The notes below the pieces were generated by a model, which was not told the DNA's origin, ran no database searches, and saw only the letters and a program-made list of their open reading frames with translations. A stretch of DNA of 61,024 bases, counting the filler, from Dugesia japonica (Eukaryota): assembly GCA_001938525.1 (NCBI GenBank). It is 6 parts of 6 records of this genome, joined end to end, with 100 filler letters (N's around TTAATTAATTAA, not from the genome) between each part and the next. Parts side by side here need not be neighbours in the genome. Positions count along the whole stretch, not along the records: positions 10,281 to 19,615 come from MQRL01619848.1; positions 19,716 to 29,023 come from MQRL01503684.1; 4 more parts are not named here. The stretch is one strand, 5' to 3'. Each line of letters starts with the position of its first letter. Position 1 is the stretch's first letter. Below are positions 12,376-24,500 of this stretch, piece by piece. A program made the position numbers and the translations under genes.

Positions 12376-13362
12376 ACTTTCTCAACAATCAAATTAATAT
12401 AAGTTATAGTAGGAATGATTAACTTATCTACTAATTATAGAAAAATAGCCAGACTTAATTTTAAATGAAAAGCGATGGGTTTGCCAGTAAACAGTTCAAA
12501 TATTTTAGTCTTAAATACAATTATAATTTCCATTTAATTTATATCGAGTGAGTAAAGTTATCATAGAGCGGAGTCTGTGAAACGAAATCAATTTTAAAAG
12601 AGTAGTTGAATAAAATAAAATAAATTAGTAAACAATACTACTTATAAAGAATAAATGAAATGCTTAATAAATAAATGCATTTTCAATTGATAATAATCCC
12701 ATTGTTTTCCACAATCTGTACCATGTTACCTTTAGTTAGAATTGTTTCTTGCATAAATTTTTGTATAAATCTTTGTAAACATTTCATAAATAGAGTAACA
12801 CGTTTAATCTAAAACGGTTTAAAGAGAGAATTGAGTAGACATCAAACAATTAAATACTACTATATTGTCACCAAGTAAAGGAAACTTTGGTAAGTGGTTA
12901 GTAGTGGATGCTAGCTCACGGGAACAGTACCCCCAACCGACTGTTTCGGCGTTTTGGTTGTTTTGATGTTTTTTTATTTGTAGCATTTTGATTGGGCATT
13001 CCGAATATATGAAAAATTATTTCAAATTCGGGTCGAAACGGTCAAAGTTTAGCTCAGGGAATGTCAAATTGTGAAAATTTGTATTTTACATTTTTCTGTC
13101 AAATTTTATTGTATAGTTTCGATTTTGATGTTGATCATCACAGAATTGAAAGGTGAACATTTTTTATATAGGGTTTTAGTAGATAGAAAGGAAGACTCGG
13201 GAACAGTTAGGGGTTCCAGCCGTTGCTATAGCAACGAAGACGTAATAATTACGTAATAATTTTGTAGATAGAGTGTAGTCATTACGTAATCATTGGTAAA
13301 AGTTGCGTAATAATTACGTAATCATGACACAGTTGTCCCAAAACAAATTCTGAATTGTGTAA

Positions 13363-13826
13363 TCAATGCCAAATTATTAGATTAACAATCAGATTTTTTA
13401 CATCCGATACTATCAAGTCAATGTGAGGTTGATAATGTAATTTCCTGATTACAACCGTTTCAATGGAAAATATATTTACAGGATTGGATTATATATTGGA
13501 TTATATTTTGTAAGTCGTAATACCGAAAACAATTCTGGTTCATACACACACTTGGTTACTTTGGTTAATTCATACAAATTAATTGTTTGTTTCAAATTGA
13601 CTACAATTGTTAGCGATTGTAATTAAAAGTTCTTGAAATTGTATTGTAAATCTTTTCTTTCCAATGGTTTTCTACAGCTTATGATTCGAATATTTCCTGA
13701 ACTAAAGAATATGATTGTATATTTACTGGATTTTTCAACAACTTGTAATGATTTGCTAATTGGAAAATTAATTTTTTTGTAACTTCTGGTGAAATTGTAC
13801 CTATATAATCAATAATTTGCAATCAT
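13363..13826 (-). pseudogene. Polinton-encoded TATA-binding-protein (TBP)-like gene, frameshifted
   Basis: Manual reverse translation: KYTIIFFSSGNIRIISCRKP (cf. TBP repeat 1 TALIFSSGKMVCTGAK) and FKNF*LQSLTIVVNLKQTINLYELTKVTKCVYEPELFSVLRLTKYNP..VNIFSIETVVI (cf. repeat 2 [24 protein letters not shown]...[30 protein letters not shown]). Confidence 0.78.
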
Positions 13827-13905
13827 TATTTATGAAGATGCTTTTTTATATACATGTATAAATAATACTAGTTTAATTGAAACGTTTAAACAAGCAATAG
13901 TTATA
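13827..13905. promoter_or_regulatory. Putative bidirectional promoter between the TBP-like and ATPase genes
   Basis: 79-bp spacer with TATATAAAAAAG on - and TGTATAAATA on +. AATTGAnACGTTTAAACAAG is also conserved upstream of the second ATPase (40697-40717). Confidence 0.45.
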
Positions 13906-14506
13906 ATGGAATTAAAAAATGATGCTGTATATCAAATTGTTAGTCCAAGTGGTAGTGGAAAAACCTTATTTGTATGTAAATTATTCAAATCAAAATTCCA
14001 TAACATATACTGGCACAGAATAGCAGATGAAGAGCATGGACTAACTAAATCTGAGTTCAGAAATATTAAAATGAAAATTATAAATGTATTTGATGAGAAA
14101 TGGAGCAATAAATTAAGTAAAGGTGATGTCATTATAATTGACGATCTGTATCACGAAGCAAACAAGGACTTTAACAATTTATTTACAAAGATATCAATAC
14201 ATTGTAATGTGACTGTGATATTCATTACTCAAAATCTATTTCACCAAGGGGGGTGTCATAGAATACGAAATTTACATGTGCAATACCTGATTATATTTAA
14301 AAAATCCTCGAGATCAAACAGTTGTTAATTTTCTAGCAAGACAAGCGTATCCGAATAATATTCAATTCCTTATGGATGCATTCAAAGATGCCACCGTAAA
14401 TCCTCATGGATATATTTTTGTAGACTTTACACAAAAATGTCCAGAAGATCTTAGAGTGCGAACTGATATTTTTAATCCAAAAGGTGTTACAGTATATAAA
14501 CAATAA
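13906..14506 (+). pseudogene. Polinton A32/FtsK-like DNA packaging ATPase (frameshift near 14305)
   Basis: Walker A SPSGSGKT, Walker B IIIDDL, VIFITQNLF. Continues in the shifted frame as FLARQAYP...PHGYIFVDFTQ...RVRTDIF. Confidence 0.9.
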
Positions 14507-14531
14507 AAGTAATTTCTTATTTTATTTAAAA

Positions 14532-14803
14532 ATGACGAAACTTACTAAAGCTGTAGTTGATCAAATAAAAAGAAAGAATCTTGAACAAAACAACATTCAA
14601 TCTAATTTTCAAATGTTCATGATATCAAACCAATAAAGACGTCAAGAAAGACTAAGAAACAATCAAAGATTTGTATCAAGAAACGAAGAAAGACTGCTAC
14701 TAAGAAACCATCAAAGAAAAAACAGTTAAGAGAGTTCAAAAAACTATCAAAACGCTTTGGATAGAAACTTTCAAACGTAAATGGAAAGTGGATAAAGCTA
14801 TAA
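14532..14803 (+). pseudogene. Small basic K/R-rich Polinton protein (candidate DNA-condensing core protein)
   Basis: MTKLTKAVVDQIKRK.../KTSRKTKKQSKICIKKRRKTATKKPSKKK, frameshifted. Confidence 0.45.
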
Positions 14804-14845
14804 ACAAATAACATGTGCATATATATATATATGAAAATAAAAATT

Positions 14846-15206
14846 ATGAAATTTCAACAAAGTCTTCCGTTTTTTAATGCGTTGCTTAAGATTTCCAAAG
14901 AGCTGAGAGTGAAAATTTTGCAGTCATTCCCATCTTTTCTAATTAATGATCTACTAGAGATTATTGTAAATGTGGTTCGAGGTATTGTAAGTTTAAGCCA
15001 AGCTAGAAAGCAAGCATTAGAGAAGCATAAAAAGACATTATTATCACTTGTTCATACCAAAAATAAGAGATTAATGAGAAAGGTTTTTCATAAAAAAAGA
15101 AGGCTTTATAGCCGAATTACTGTCAATTGTATTAGCAGCATTGGGATTAGCAAATTTTACATACGAAATGGGTAACTTGGAATCATTATCACAAATTTAT
15201 CTTTAA
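14846..15206 (+). pseudogene. Conserved small Polinton virion protein with C-terminal (G)GF amphipathic helix
   Basis: LLEIIVNVVRG...LEKHKKTLLSL, then frameshifted KEGFIAELLSIVLAALG, like the QxGGF-ending Polinton core proteins. Confidence 0.6.
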
Positions 15207-15229
15207 TTTATATCAAAATTGTTGTAACG

Positions 15230-16217
15230 AACAAAATCGAAGGTATATAGACAGATCCAAAAAATCCAGCAGGGTTTTAAAGATTAGAAAAATTATGGAA
15301 AGCAACAAAAAATTCAAAAAGCGAGACGAAAAATTGGCTATTAAGTCAGCTGGCGTACAGTCTAAACAAACCAATGTTGAAAAGATTTCCAACTAGAGCG
15401 TACAAAACATTTTGTATAAATGATTTATGGCAAATGAATTTGATACAAATGATTCCATATTCAAAGATTAATAAAAGTTACAAGTACATTTTAACATGTG
15501 TTGATATATTAAGCAGATTTGCGAGAGCTATTCCTATCAAATTAAAATCTGCCATTGAAATGAAGTCTGCAATCAAATCAATGTTGAAGGATGAACAGCC
15601 AAATATTTTACAAACTCATTTAGGAAAAGAATTCTACAATTCAAAAGTCAGAAATATTATTTCACATTTCAATATCAATCATTATTCTGTCTTTTCACAA
15701 TACAAAGCAGCATATGTTGAGAGATTTAATCGGACATTGAGAGATAGCTTGAAGAAATACTTTGTGCACACTGGTAGTAAAACATGGATACATGTGATAC
15801 CAAAAAATAATTGATAGTTATAATCATTCAAATCACAATAGATTAAATGGTGCGAGACCTGTTGATGTATCATCTGATAATTCAATGAAATCATAGCTGT
15901 TGAGACAACAACCAAAAGAACTTAAAAAACTAAAATATAAAATTGGTGATCATGTTAGAATATCAAAGATATCAGCATCACCATTCATCAAGAAATTTAA
16001 TAGTAATTGGAGTGATGAAGTGTTTGAAATAAAAAAAATCGATACTAATCAAAATCCAATAATGTATGTAATTAAAGATCATGAAGACAATACCATAGTA
16101 GTAAAAATTATAAAAACAAAGGGAGTTGGAAAAGTTAAAGAATTATATGTAAAGTGGCGCGGATATGAAAAACCTTCTTGGATACTAGCAACTCGATTAG
16201 TCAATTTAAATGAATAA
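15230..16217 (+). pseudogene. Polinton retroviral-like (rve) integrase with C-terminal chromodomain-like region
   Basis: YRDPKNPAGF, DLWQMNL, YILTCVDILSRFA, LQTHLGKEF, KAAYVERFNRTL, YKIGDHVRISK, NWSDEVF, LYVKWRGY. Confidence 0.9.
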
Positions 16218-17205
16218 TTTCTATACAATTTTACCAAGCAATAGTTGTCCACTTATTCATCCAGATAATAAAGCTAGTAATTTCAATGTCGAGTTTCAAG
16301 ATCCTATTAATTTGATTGGACAATAGCAAGTAGCCATGTTGGATTTCACATTTGTATATTCCAAATTTCCATTTTATAGTAAATCAAAGATTAAATATGG
16401 TACAAGTCGAGATGTATCAGAAAAATTGCCAATTACAGTATACAAAAATGAAAATCGTATAACTATCACTGCAAATAGTATTCTTAAAGTAAATGGTCTT
16501 ACCAATTTGAAGATTAATTATATACATGATTCATATTTCATAACGTTTGATACAATTGAAAATGCCAAAAGATTTGGATTTGAAAATCAGAGAAACTGGA
16601 TCAAATATAAACATAATCTCAAACCTCAATCGCTTAAAAACAATCAATTGATAAAACCAATTGTGATTAAAGTAACATATTCTGTAATAGTTAAGAGAAG
16701 AAATACAATTCAAAGATGATAGAATTACTTTATAACAAATTTCTCACAAGTATTTGACTCTTTGGTTTTAAACAAAAACGAGTTATTTATTTTCAAGGTG
16801 CAAGATAATGTTAAATGTATTCGATTTGACAAAATCCTGACAAAAACATTCGGAATAGAAAGACAAGAATATCAAATAATAAATCCAAGAATTACAGAGA
16901 TTAATGGTGTGAGAATTCGAAAAAGTATCAACTATCATCAGCAAATGTTTATCTACAGTAACATTGTTGAACCTATAATTGTCAGGGATGTTAAAGTTTC
17001 TTTGTTGAAATTCGTATCGTTGGAGAAATATAACGATGATGAAATTGTTCAGATTATAGTCAAGAATCCAATGTATTTGCCAATTTTCACTTGATGTATA
17101 AACAATATAGAAATCAATATACGAGATAATTGTGGAAAATTAATCAACTTTGCTCAAGACTCAAAAAAACATTTAACTACTCATTTTCTAAAAATCAATG
17201 TCTAA
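16210..17205 (+). pseudogene. Polinton minor capsid protein (penton)
   Basis: MNNFYTILPSNSCPLIHPDNKASNFNVEFQDPINLIGQ*QVAM at the N-terminus. MFIYSNIVEP...KNPMYLP...INNIEINIRD at the C-terminus. Confidence 0.8.
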
Positions 17206-17585
17206 TCTAGATATCCTTAGCATTATATAGTACAAGTCAAGCTGGTGGAAAACTACCACATTTTGTAGGAAAGCAAAATGAATTTGGTTGGTTACAAACT
17301 ATTGGTAGACTTGCACTTCCTATTTTTAGACGTATTGGTGCAATTGGAATGAAAACAGCATAAGATGTAATATCGAATAATGCAAAAATCTTACCAACAT
17401 TAAACGCAAATGCAATGTCTGAATTCAACAATTTTATAACTTCTCCAGAAGTAACAAAAATAATGCCAAAGGACAATACTAAAAATTATTCAAAACTCAA
17501 TGGTGCTGGAATAAAAAGTAGAATTTGAAGTTTAACAAGTATAAACAACCGAATGAAAGAATATAGAACTATATTTGAAAAATGA
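17198..17585 (+). pseudogene. Polinton core protein with QxGG motif and amphipathic helix
   Basis: SQAGGKLPHFVGKQNEFGWLQTIGRLALPIFRRIGAIGMKTA, in the typical position just upstream of the major capsid gene. Confidence 0.65.
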
Positions 17586-18762
17586 TTTGTGGAAAAACTG
17601 AATTGTGTATTTTTGATCGTCTCCTCAAGCTGTTATTGAATATGGGTAATTTAAAACGTGTTTCTAATGAATTCAATATCTGAATCAAGAAATGATGTAG
17701 AGTTTTTTATAAATGGATCGCAAACAGAATATTTGGATTTAAATGATACTTTATTGTATATCCAAGTAAAAGTAGTTGATAAAAATGGAAAGGATTTGGA
17801 CGAAAAATCAAACGTCATTCCTAGCAATTACATATTTCATACTATGTTCAGAGATACTTGGATTTAATAATATTAAAATTGAAGGTGGAAATGAAACTCA
17901 TATTCAAAAAGCATTGATTGAAAGAAATTTGAATGATAATGGAGATAGTAAGAATATTTGTCTTTCTACAATTGGATATGGAGATAAAGATTATAGAAAA
18001 TTTTCCATTAAATCATCAAAACCATTATCTCTCTGTAGTTCTTTGCAACTTGATTTCATGGATCAACCAAAATATCTAATTCCTACCATTAATGTTTAAA
18101 TTAGAATGAAAAGAGCACCTTCAAAAATGTGTTTAGAATCAATAAATGATGAACCCAAATATGTATTGTTGGTTGCAAAATTGATGGTTAAACGTGTTAG
18201 AGTTGAATCATTGGTATTCTCAGGTCACCAAATTGGATTACAAACTCAAAATGCAGTTTATCCAATAAAAACCAAGGAAATTGTAGCATATGCAATTAGT
18301 AAAGATAGCACATCATTTTATAAAGAACAAATCTTTGGCGATCGTCGATTACCAACTTTATTCTAGTTTCATTTTAAAGTGGAGAACAGTATAATGGTAG
18401 TTATAAAAGCTCTAGTTCCGGATTCAATCATTTCAATGTTAAATCAATAACTCTATCAAAAAGCAGTGATTATCGAAAAATATATTCCCAAGACTTTACA
18501 AATGATAGTTATAGAACAACATATATGCAATCGTTAGTTAGAAAAAAGGGATATCTAAACAAGAATATGAATTATGAAATAACACTTGATGAATTCAAAA
18601 CCAAGTATCCATTCTTTACATTTGTAGTTGCTCTAGATTTTGAAATTAATCAAAGTCAATTGAATCAACAAAGAAATTTAAGATTGGATATCAAGTTTAA
18701 AAGTGCATTGATTGCACCCTCATATGTAGTAATTTATGGGGTATTTGAAAATGAAACTAAAA
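17582..18762 (+). pseudogene. Polinton double-jelly-roll major capsid protein (PY)
   Basis: KTELCIFD, VEFFINGSQTEYLDLNDTLLYIQVKV, LQLDFMDQPKYLIP, AKLMVKRVRV, AVYPI, LRLDIKF...VVIYGVFEN. Confidence 0.88.
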
Positions 18763-19615
18763 TGGGACAACATTGATGAAGAAGAATATGATGAAGCAAA
18801 ACAAGTATGAACACAATATAGTTGCACTAATCTCTTACAGTATATGCTAATATACATAAAACTAGACATATACCTGCTTGCCAATGTTTTTGAAAAATCT
18901 AGAGCACAAGTCAAAGATCAGGGTAGGTTTGAAATAGCAAACCTTATATCAATACCAGCTTTAAGTTGGGCAACAGTGATAAAAACATGTCCTGTCAAGA
19001 TTGAATTGTTACAAGATCCGGAAATGTACTTCTTTTTCCAAGCTGGAATAAGAGGAGAAATGACCTTTGTGAATAAACATATGGTACGTGCAGATGAAAG
19101 CACAAGTCTGCTTTATATTGACATTAACAGTCTGTATGGTTGAGCTTTGAGTGAACCGTTACCATATTGTAATTTTGAATGGATAATTGATGAAGATCAG
19201 CCGAAGACTATGATAGAAATATTGTCATATTTGGATATGGAGAAAAACGAATGTGGATTTGTTTTTGAGGTAGACCTATCAATTTCACTTGAAAAACATA
19301 ACAAATTAGACTAACTGCCACTTGCTCCAATTAATCAATGCCCACCAGGAAGTAAAGTTAAGAAATAACTTTTGACACATGAAGCAAAACAGAATTATGC
19401 TATACATTATCGGCTGCTTTAATTGTTAATGAAACTGGGTGCAAAAGTACATAAAGTTCATCGGGCGGTAGTGTTTTTAAGCGGCTCTGTTTTTAAGTCA
19501 TATATCGACTTTAATTCAGAAAAACGAGCTCAATCTACTAACGTCTTTGAGAAAGACTTTTTTATATTAAAAATGAAAAAATTTGGAAAACCTGTTGAAA
19601 ACTTATTAAAACGTA
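18763..19615 (+). pseudogene. Protein-primed family B DNA polymerase fragment (N-terminus deleted)
   Basis: LDIYLLANVFE, AGIRGE, LLYIDINSLYG*A, GFVFEVDL, LPLAP, KSYIDFNSEKR...FEKDFF..FGK..EN. Confidence 0.9.
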
Positions 19616-20350
19616 NNNNNNNNNNNNNNNNNNNNNNNNNNNNNNNNNNNNNNNNNNNNTTAATTAATTAANNNNNNNNNNNNNNNNNNNNNNNNNNNNN
19701 NNNNNNNNNNNNNNNAATAATATAACAATAGCAATATTACACAATTTTTTAGAAGTAGAAGTAAATTATTTTTACAATTGCAATCATTGCGAGAATAATT
19801 GTTGAAATTAACCAGTGATCACATTGCCAAAGTTTCAATAAATTAAAAAGATTTGATTTAAATTTTGTTTTTTTTTTGTTAATAATCCTTTTTTTACAAT
19901 AGTCTTCAGCAGGGATTTAGTTTTTGATTTATTTTAAAATTTATTTTATTTTGTTGAATTTTTATTTATTGTGAATTACGTTGATTTTAAGTTCATCTTC
20001 TTTAATCAGTAATTCTTCGTGTTTTGTCCTGTGAAGTGTGGAAATATAACCTGTTCCTAGTGTTTCCCATGTTATCGGAAGACTTCACGTTCTTTCTGCT
20101 TGAGATATTCTTTATTTTCACTTATGAAAATTCTTTTTTTTCTTTGATTAATTTGATTAATACAATTTTGCTCTAAATATTTTTTTAATTAATCGATTCT
20201 GTTTCAATTTCACAACACTTTTTTTTATATCAATAAATTTAACTTCAAAACAATACAAATCAATTTAATTTCATTTATGCTGTTAATTAATGGCACTAAA
20301 ATTGCTTATTTATAAATATAATTCTTATATGCATTATATATGTTTAAATA

Positions 20351-20896
20351 CTGTGTTTTTCCATATATAAGGCCGCTCCAAAAATAAGGCCTAGTAGGAT
20401 TTTTTCGTTTATTTTAATATAAGACCTACTTCGAATATAAGGGAAATTTTTAAAAAGTAACAATACAATTAATTTGTCATGTTTTTATGTGATGATAATC
20501 TTTGTAAGAAATATTACCAAATTTTAACGTTGTTGACTTTATTTAAGTTAGAATAGTGAGTCCATTTATTATTATGTTGCANNNNNNNNNNNNNNNNNNN
20601 TGTAAACGAGGGTGCTTAAATATACTCGCATGTCACTTTCATTCGAAACAGCATATACTTTGATATGTATTTGTATGTAAAAATTGGAGAGACAGAATTA
20701 TAAGGTTTAAATTGTCAGAACTAAGTTGATTTATTAGAACGTGATGACATGGTCATATTTGAATAAATTTTTGGTTTTTGCTTATTTATATACTGTTATA
20801 TTTATCTTAAAAAATTTACTCCGATTATATAAGACCACTGGTATATTTTTCATATAACTTAATATAAGTCAGTGCCTTATATATGGACAAACATAG
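20351..20896. mobile_element. MITE with ~24-bp TIRs and TA target duplication
   Basis: TA|CTGTGTTTTTCCATATATAAGGC ... GCCTTATATATGGACAAACATAG|TA. Confidence 0.7.
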
Positions 20897-20964
20897 TAAT
20901 ATGAAACAACTGAATAAATAATTTTATTTAAAATAAAATGTGTTAAAAGCAAACGATCAAAATT

Positions 20965-21300
20965 GTTGTTCTTTTTTTAATATTTATGATATGCCTTCTT
21001 CAGGAACTACTGTTCAGTAAATTTTGATTATAAACTTTGAAATAACAACTGATTAAATTTAATTTTCATTGGTTATTATTTATAATTTTAATTTCACTGA
21101 AAATTTAAAAAAAAGATCTGATAATGTTTGCAAACAATAAACCACGAATATTTTCAATGAATTTAATGTTATAATTATCAACCAATGAAAATTAATTGTA
21201 ATCAGATTACTTTCATTTGGGTTTTTATTTTGAAATTTATAACCAGAATGAATTGAACAATAGTTCCTGAAGAAGGCATAGCCGAAATATTGAACAATCT
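20965..21300. mobile_element. Inverted pair of Penelope-like terminal repeats
   Basis: ATGCCTTCTTCAGGAACTACTGTTCA (20991) is the inverse of TGAACAATAGTTCCTGAAGAAGGCAT (21254). The right arm contains a hammerhead core. Confidence 0.55.
21260..21298 (+). ncRNA. Minimal type I hammerhead ribozyme (Penelope-type)
   Basis: Stem I ATAGTTC/GAACAAT, core CTGAAGA, stem II GGC-ATA-GCC, GAAA, palindromic stem III AATATT. Confidence 0.6.
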
Positions 21301-21571
21301 ATGAAAATAGAAGAACATCTTATTTGATATTTGATATTAAAGATATATTTTAAATTCAAAAAATATTATCTAAAATGTAGCGAATTAAAATAAATTNNNN
21401 NNNNNNNNNNNNNNNNNNNNNNNNNNNNNNNNNNNNNNNNNNNNNNNNNNNNNNNNNNNNNNNNNNNNNNNTTAAGCAAAACCTTTAGTTTACAGATATT
21501 TTTACATAACATGAAAATTGGAAAATGATCTGAGTTGGATAATATATTTTAATATAAAATTATTTATTTAC

Positions 21572-24500
21572 TTTCAACATTTTTGCCGCATCAGTCCATC
21601 GATTTTTCTCTCCTCCAAGTCCTCCGATTAATTGTTCGGCTCTGTCTAATTTCTTGCTACAAAGTTCAATGTTGTCTTCCAAATCTTTTTTACGTTGTTG
21701 AGTTTCATCGAGTTGATCAGTTAAGTCTTGAAGTTTGGCCTCAACTTCATCGAGTTGGGCTTTTTTCTCTGCTAATTGTTTCAACTAATTAATTTTAAAT
21801 AAAATAATTAAAAGAAAAAATTTTTACTGTTATTTCTAATTCTTTTTCTGCAGCTACTAATTTTATTTTTTTAGGAGCAACAATTTTCGAAGCAAAATCA
21901 TATTTATCCATTGCAAGAATCCATTTACAAAGACCTTCACACGCTGTGCTAGCGTTACGTACAATTTTCGGATCGAAATCTGGATCTGGAATGTATTTTT
22001 CTCTTAATTTTTTCATTGCTTGTGGATTCACCATATCAACATTGAAGGTCTTTAATTTTTCAAGGAATTTAAAATCACCAAGTAATTTAACAGAAGAAGT
22101 CCAATAATCTTCAATCATTTTCCCGGTTGCTGTATCTGGTTTTCTTTCTGGTTTTTCTCCGAGCATGATGCAAATAGCTTCCATTACTAATTTTATTAAA
22201 CCTGGTGGGTTTTTCATTGACCTTACTAGAGTGATATCCTGTAAAATAATTGAATAGAAATTTAATCAACAACATTTAATAATAATAATAAAAATAAACA
22301 ATCATTGAAAAGAAAAGTAATACAAAATATTACGAAGAAATTCTCAAATTTGTANGTATTAGAAATGTTTCAAGATGTAAAGGAGAAAGATGTATCATGG
22401 ACTAAAACACATATGGACGAGATCAGCACAATTTAAATAATAAATTTATTAACTAATTCAATAAAGTTTTATAAATAAAATTATTTTTAGAATAATATTT
22501 GGCCTAAACAATTGATAAAATTTCTTTTAAAATTTTTAATAAAAATAATTAGCGAGGTCATGATTTTGTTTGTAAAGTTCATAACTGATAAAGATTTTAT
22601 CTGGGAATAAATTTATTAATAATATATTTTAATTAATTTTGGTGATTTCGCGAATCTTTATATATTCTTAGTATCTTTCAAAAAATCCAATTATAATATC
22701 ATTAGTATTTTAAATTGATCAGTGTGGATTAATCCGTCAAAATATTTTGCATTCAATGAATTAAATTTATCATCATTTTTCCAGTTATAATTTCTAATGT
22801 GTTTTACAAATTTGTGACTTCATTAGATGCGTAGGAAAGAAATATTTATTTCAGTTACTGAAAGTCAGTATGACTATTACAGGCTTGCATAATGTAGTTA
22901 AATGGTTGTGAGAAGCACTGATAAGAGTTTAAATAATATATTTTCATAGAAAAGCATAAATTTAAATTCCATAAATATTTACATTGCAGTCGACTTTTAT
23001 TTCATGGATTCTAAACCACACGAACTTAACAAGCACAATACTACTTTGATCAAAATATACCCGGTCAACCCAATTTAAAATTCACGCAAATGCTATAGAT
23101 GTAATTCTTATTTTTAATAGTCGCTACATATTTGTTTTACTACATCACCAAATTTCAGCTGAACAGATCACGTCAAAACGAAATTAAACGTCCCGATACC
23201 TTGAAAATGCTACAAAAGTGCTATGGCAACAATGCTTTATCAAAATCAACAACTAATGAATGTCTAATAAAATATTTTAGTTGTTTAAGTATAAATAGAA
23301 AATAAAAAAAGTTAAAATTAAAAGAAATCTACTAACGTTTTGTTTTAAAGTATCCAGAGACGCTATTGCTTCTCTTAATATTGGCATAGCTTCTGCTAAA
23401 TCTGCTTCACAATCATCTTTTATTTCTTGACTAGCTGCAGCTTTAACATTAGCTTCTTCTTGTTCCGCTGCCATTATTTCACGCTTTGCCTCTACTTCAA
23501 CCGTATCTTGTTCTACTTTTATCAATAGTTTATCAGTTTGAGCCGATGTGACAATCAGTTCCGGTTGAAGAGCTTTTAGCTCAATTTGCATTTTTCCTAC
23601 TTCTTTAGCAGCAAATTCCAATTTATCTAAACCAGTTAAATATCGATTTCTTAGAGTAATCAATTCGTTTCTTTTGAAATTCAATAACTTTTTAAATGTT
23701 TTAATCAATTCCAAATACGAGGTAGGAGTTACGTAATTATATCGGCGAAGTGTATTTAAAAATCTAAAGAATATTTAAAATACAAGCACTATTTAATAAA
23801 AGAAAATTCTACTTACTCTTCAGATAATTTTATTACGCTTTCATGATAGAATTTACACATTATTACAATAGATTCTCTTGTACTTTCATCCATTTCAATG
23901 TCTTCCAAGAATTTGTTAGCAACCATTTCCAAAGCATCTTCCGGCCACGCCTGTGATTTAAAATAACAATTGGAAATTTAAAAATACTAATTACTTGAAA
24001 CCAATCAATCGTACAACAGTTAATAAGAGATGGAAACATTCTTAACCTATTTCTGAATGCATCTCCAATTGGACTCATCGCTAGAACAATATGGAGATTT
24101 TGTTTTACTCTTTCAATGAAGTAGTTATACATGGCCATTGGTGTTGAATCGATTTTTCTTCCCTGTAATTAAAATTCAAATAATCTAACGAATCAGGGCA
24201 CAAATTAGAAGAGAAGCATATATGATTATAACTGTCCATATAAAGAAGTTAACTTTATTATTGGCATTGGCTTTATTATTTTTATGTTGAATGTATTTTT
24301 ATTAACGTTAATAATAAAAAATTTATTTTACTATTTAATATTGTGTTATTTTATGAAAGAAATTGGTGGCTTTTGAAATCTTTGTATTTTTCATAATGTC
24401 ATATTTACCTTTATTTATTAACTTTATACATTAAAAATTGATTGCTAAAAATAAAATATTCATTAAACATAAAGCACGTATACCAAAAAAATTTTCAATA

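Larger units (their letters stand above)
12900..19615 (+). mobile_element. Polinton/Maverick (adintovirus-like), decayed, truncated by contig end
   Basis: Starts AGTAGTGGATG. Carries ATPase, integrase, penton, core proteins, major capsid and pPolB in a compact array. Confidence 0.93.
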
